DNA of 64,000 bases from Acidobacteriota bacterium (lineage in GTDB: Bacteria; Acidobacteriota; UBA6911; RPQK01; JAJDTT01). The notes under the pieces are model-generated. The model ran no database searches. It had not been told where the DNA came from and saw only the letters and a list, made by a program, of their open reading frames with translations. The stretch lies in NCBI GenBank assembly GCA_965263035.1, contig OZ253580.1:32001-96000 (forward strand), read 5' to 3'. Positions 61,614 through 64,000 of the stretch are shown here, in pieces. The position numbers were made by a program, and so were the translations under genes. How positions within the stretch are numbered: the stretch's first letter is position 1; every line of letters starts with the position of its first letter.

Positions 61614-62926
61614 TGTCCATGGCCGACAGCCGCTGGCAACGTATCGCAACCTTGTGCGGCCTCTACGCCGCCCAGGGACTTCCCTGGGGCTTCATGACCA
61701 TCGCTCTGATTTCGTACCTCACGGCCAAAGGCGTCAACGAGAGTCAGGCCGGTGAACTGGCCGCCATCGTCCTGGTCCCCTGGACCTTCAAGCTGGTCTG
61801 GGCGCCCCTGATCGACACCATGACCATCCGCTCCATGGGCCGGCGGCGGCCCTGGATCATCGGGGCGGAACTGATGATGGGCATCACCCTGCTGGGGCTT
61901 CTCCTCATGGGCAACCTGGAGGGCGATCTGAAGTTCCTGGGTTGGATGTTCTTTCTGCACAACTGCTTCGCCTCGCTGCAGGACGTCTCCACCGACGCCT
62001 TGGCGGTGGATATCCTGCCCCGTAGCGAATACGGGCAGGTCAACGGCTTGATGTGGGGCTCCAAGCTGGTCGGCAAGGGGATCGGCGCCGGTCTCATGGC
62101 CGTGGTGATGAACCACTGGGGGATCCCGGCTGCGGTTCTGGTGCAGTTCGCCATCATGGTGTTAATCATGCTGATTCCTCTGCTGCTGCTGGAGAGGTCC
62201 GGGGAGAAGCGCTTTCCCTGGAGCCGGGGCCGGGCATCCGACGAGGTGAAGGCCCCCAGCGTCCGCAGTCCCTGGGAGGTGCTGCGGGACATGCGTCGCG
62301 GCTTCGCCCTGAGCTCCATGTACATCTTCGCCATTGTCGGAACCATCAAGACCATCGGCTACGGCGTGACGGAGATCGTTAACAAGACCCTCTACACCCA
62401 ACGCCTGGGTTGGAGTTCCGTAGACTACTCTGTCGTGTCGGCTTACGCCGTGGTTCCCGAGCTCGTGGGAGCCATCGGGGCCGGGTTCCTGGCCGACCGC
62501 TTCGGCCGCCGCCGGGTCATGGGCGTCAGCCTGGGAGCATCGGCCCTCCTGGCTCTGCTCTTCGGCGCATTGCCCGAACTCTGGTCCGCCACTTGGTTCA
62601 CCACGCTCTACCTGGTGCTGGCGCCGGCCCTGTGGGCCGTCGTTGGCGTCAGTTTCCTTTCGTTCTCCATGCGAATCACCTGGACGCGTTCCGCGGCCAC
62701 CATCTTCACTACCTACATGACCCTCTCCAACGTGGGTCATGTCATCGGGAACTGGATGGCCGGACCCGTCCGCGAGGCCTTCTCCTTTGAGCACTCGTTC
62801 ATGGTCTCGGGTCTGATGATCATCGTGCCCATCCTGCTGCTCCCGCTGGTTCGGCCCGCCCAGGTCGACCGGGCCCGGAAGCTGGACACAACGACCGCGC
62901 AGACTTCCTATGAACCTGGGAAATAG
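61613..62926 (+). CDS. AmpG-like MFS transporter
   Basis: LYAAQGLP, PWTFKLVWAPLID, GRRRPW, QDVSTDALAV. Confidence 0.85.
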   Translation: MSMADSRWQRIATLCGLYAAQGLPWGFMTIALISYLTAKGVNESQAGELAAIVLVPWTFKLVWAPLIDTMTIRSMGRRRPWIIGAELMMGITLLGLLLMGNLEGDLKFLGWMFFLHNCFASLQDVSTDALAVDILPRSEYGQVNGLMWGSKLVGKGIGAGLMAVVMNHWGIPAAVLVQFAIMVLIMLIPLLLLERSGEKRFPWSRGRASDEVKAPSVRSPWEVLRDMRRGFALSSMYIFAIVGTIKTIGYGVTEIVNKTLYTQRLGWSSVDYSVVSAYAVVPELVGAIGAGFLADRFGRRRVMGVSLGASALLALLFGALPELWSATWFTTLYLVLAPALWAVVGVSFLSFSMRITWTRSAATIFTTYMTLSNVGHVIGNWMAGPVREAFSFEHSFMVSGLMIIVPILLLPLVRPAQVDRARKLDTTTAQTSYEPGK

Positions 62927-63174
62927 AGCCGAAGTCTGAGAAGAATTCCAGAATTTCGCAGGAGAGTATTGTGGTTCAAAGACACCAGCGATGCGCACGA
63001 CGGACGCGGTGCGGAGGCTTGCGGGCACTTTGGGCTCGAATGACTCGCCGGGTCGCCTAGTGCGTGACGAAAGAGATTTTATCTTCCGTCACTTTCTGAC
63101 CGTATGGCGACATCTCCCGCGTACAAGCTGCGCTCGGCGAATCCGCTTTGCATGAAAACTTTCAACGTTTCCAG

Positions 63175-63281
63175 GAGGCTGTCCGAGAACTCGAAAAATC
63201 ACAGTCCAAAAAAAATATCCCCTTATAATTCAATAACTTAAAGATATCGATTTGGAAAAAACCGAATTCTCGGACAGCCTC
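63175..63281. mobile_element. MITE, 107 bp (same family as 3158-3266)
   Basis: Same GAGGCTGTCCGAGAA TIRs; right flank CTAG. Confidence 0.8.
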
Positions 63282-63607
63282 CTAGTGTAGTGTCCCGTTA
63301 GTTCGTGTATAATAATAGGCGGTTCCTCATTCAGAAAGGAGACTGCCTATCCTGCATTTCTCATCAGTAGAACAATAAACGGAAGTTGAACCGTCGTCTG
63401 GGTGATTCTTTATCCATACGAGTTCAAGAGGCAGTTTTCGTGCTCGAACGTGCCGACCAACGGCCAGATGCAGCGCTTCTCCAGAGCCTTTTGACGCCCA
63501 TCCTGCGCTTCTGAGCGACGACTCTCGACCCGGTGCCCACTCCGGGGCGCAGTCCATCCTGGGGACTCCCAAGTCGCCATCGTCCAAAGAGTTCTTTCCA
63601 TCCGTTG

Positions 63608-64000
63608 CTAACAGCGAAGCGGGAGGGCTTGCACTTGCGTCAGAGCCGTCCTCAACAGCGCCGCATACGGATAGCTCTCGGAAAAGGACAACCAGACCTT
63701 GCGGCTGGTGATCCGGACCTGTGCCCCGATCTTCAGCAATCTCACCCGCAGGGTCCAGCTCTGCGCCCGCGCCAGCTTCGTCCCCGCCAGCCCCACCCGT
63801 CGCAACGTCTCCATCATCACGTAGGCGAATGCCGAGAAATACAACCGCAGTTGATTCCCCGCCAGCTTCCGGGTCGACGTGCGGTCCGCAAACAGACCCA
63901 TCTGCTGTTCCTTTATCCGATTCTCCATGTCTCCCCGCGCGCAGTAGACCTCCTCGTACAATCTTCGCCCATCGCATTCCTGGACCGGGACCGAAGTCAC
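63608..64000 (-). CDS. IS1380-family transposase, C-terminal part (runs off the window)
   Basis: YCARGDMENRIKEQ, NQLRLYFS, TLRVRLLKIGA. Confidence 0.88.
   Translation of the reverse strand: MTSVPVQECDGRRLYEEVYCARGDMENRIKEQQMGLFADRTSTRKLAGNQLRLYFSAFAYVMMETLRRVGLAGTKLARAQSWTLRVRLLKIGAQVRITSRKVWLSFSESYPYAALLRTALTQVQALPLRC

Noticed and set aside
63286-63350. Possible left end of another IS (TGTAGTGTCCCG, TATAAT, AAGGAG) cut by IS1380
   Set aside because: The partner end and ORF lie outside the window, so the family cannot be supported.

Overview
GC-rich bacterial chromosome segment. The DUF1501/DUF1549-DUF1553, sulfatase and beta-propeller content suggests an Acidobacteria/Planctomycetes-like host (inference). 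It is densely colonised by mobile DNA: IS3, IS1595 x2, IS1380 x2, IS4-DUF4338, IS110, IS1634, IS21 fragments, MITEs, and two complete ORF-less group IIC introns. The standout is an 8,631-bp IS1595-family cargo transposon (10443-19073; 28-bp TIRs, 8-bp TSD TATCCATT) that splits a TIR-NTPase gene. It carries eight tRNA-like genes, none of which looks like a normal cognate tRNA. These are an Ala-type G3:U70 body with a Phe anticodon, Ser-type bodies with Phe and Leu anticodons, three U73 bodies lacking G3:U70 with Ala anticodons AGC/CGC/GGC, and one aberrant gene. They are interleaved with about 7 more stem-closed cassettes flanked by -10 boxes and with small and secreted proteins. A second candidate system is a lower-GC two-gene island encoding a 1993-aa STAND-like ATPase and a protein with a HEPN-like motif. 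All RNA folds and family calls were made by eye, without searches.
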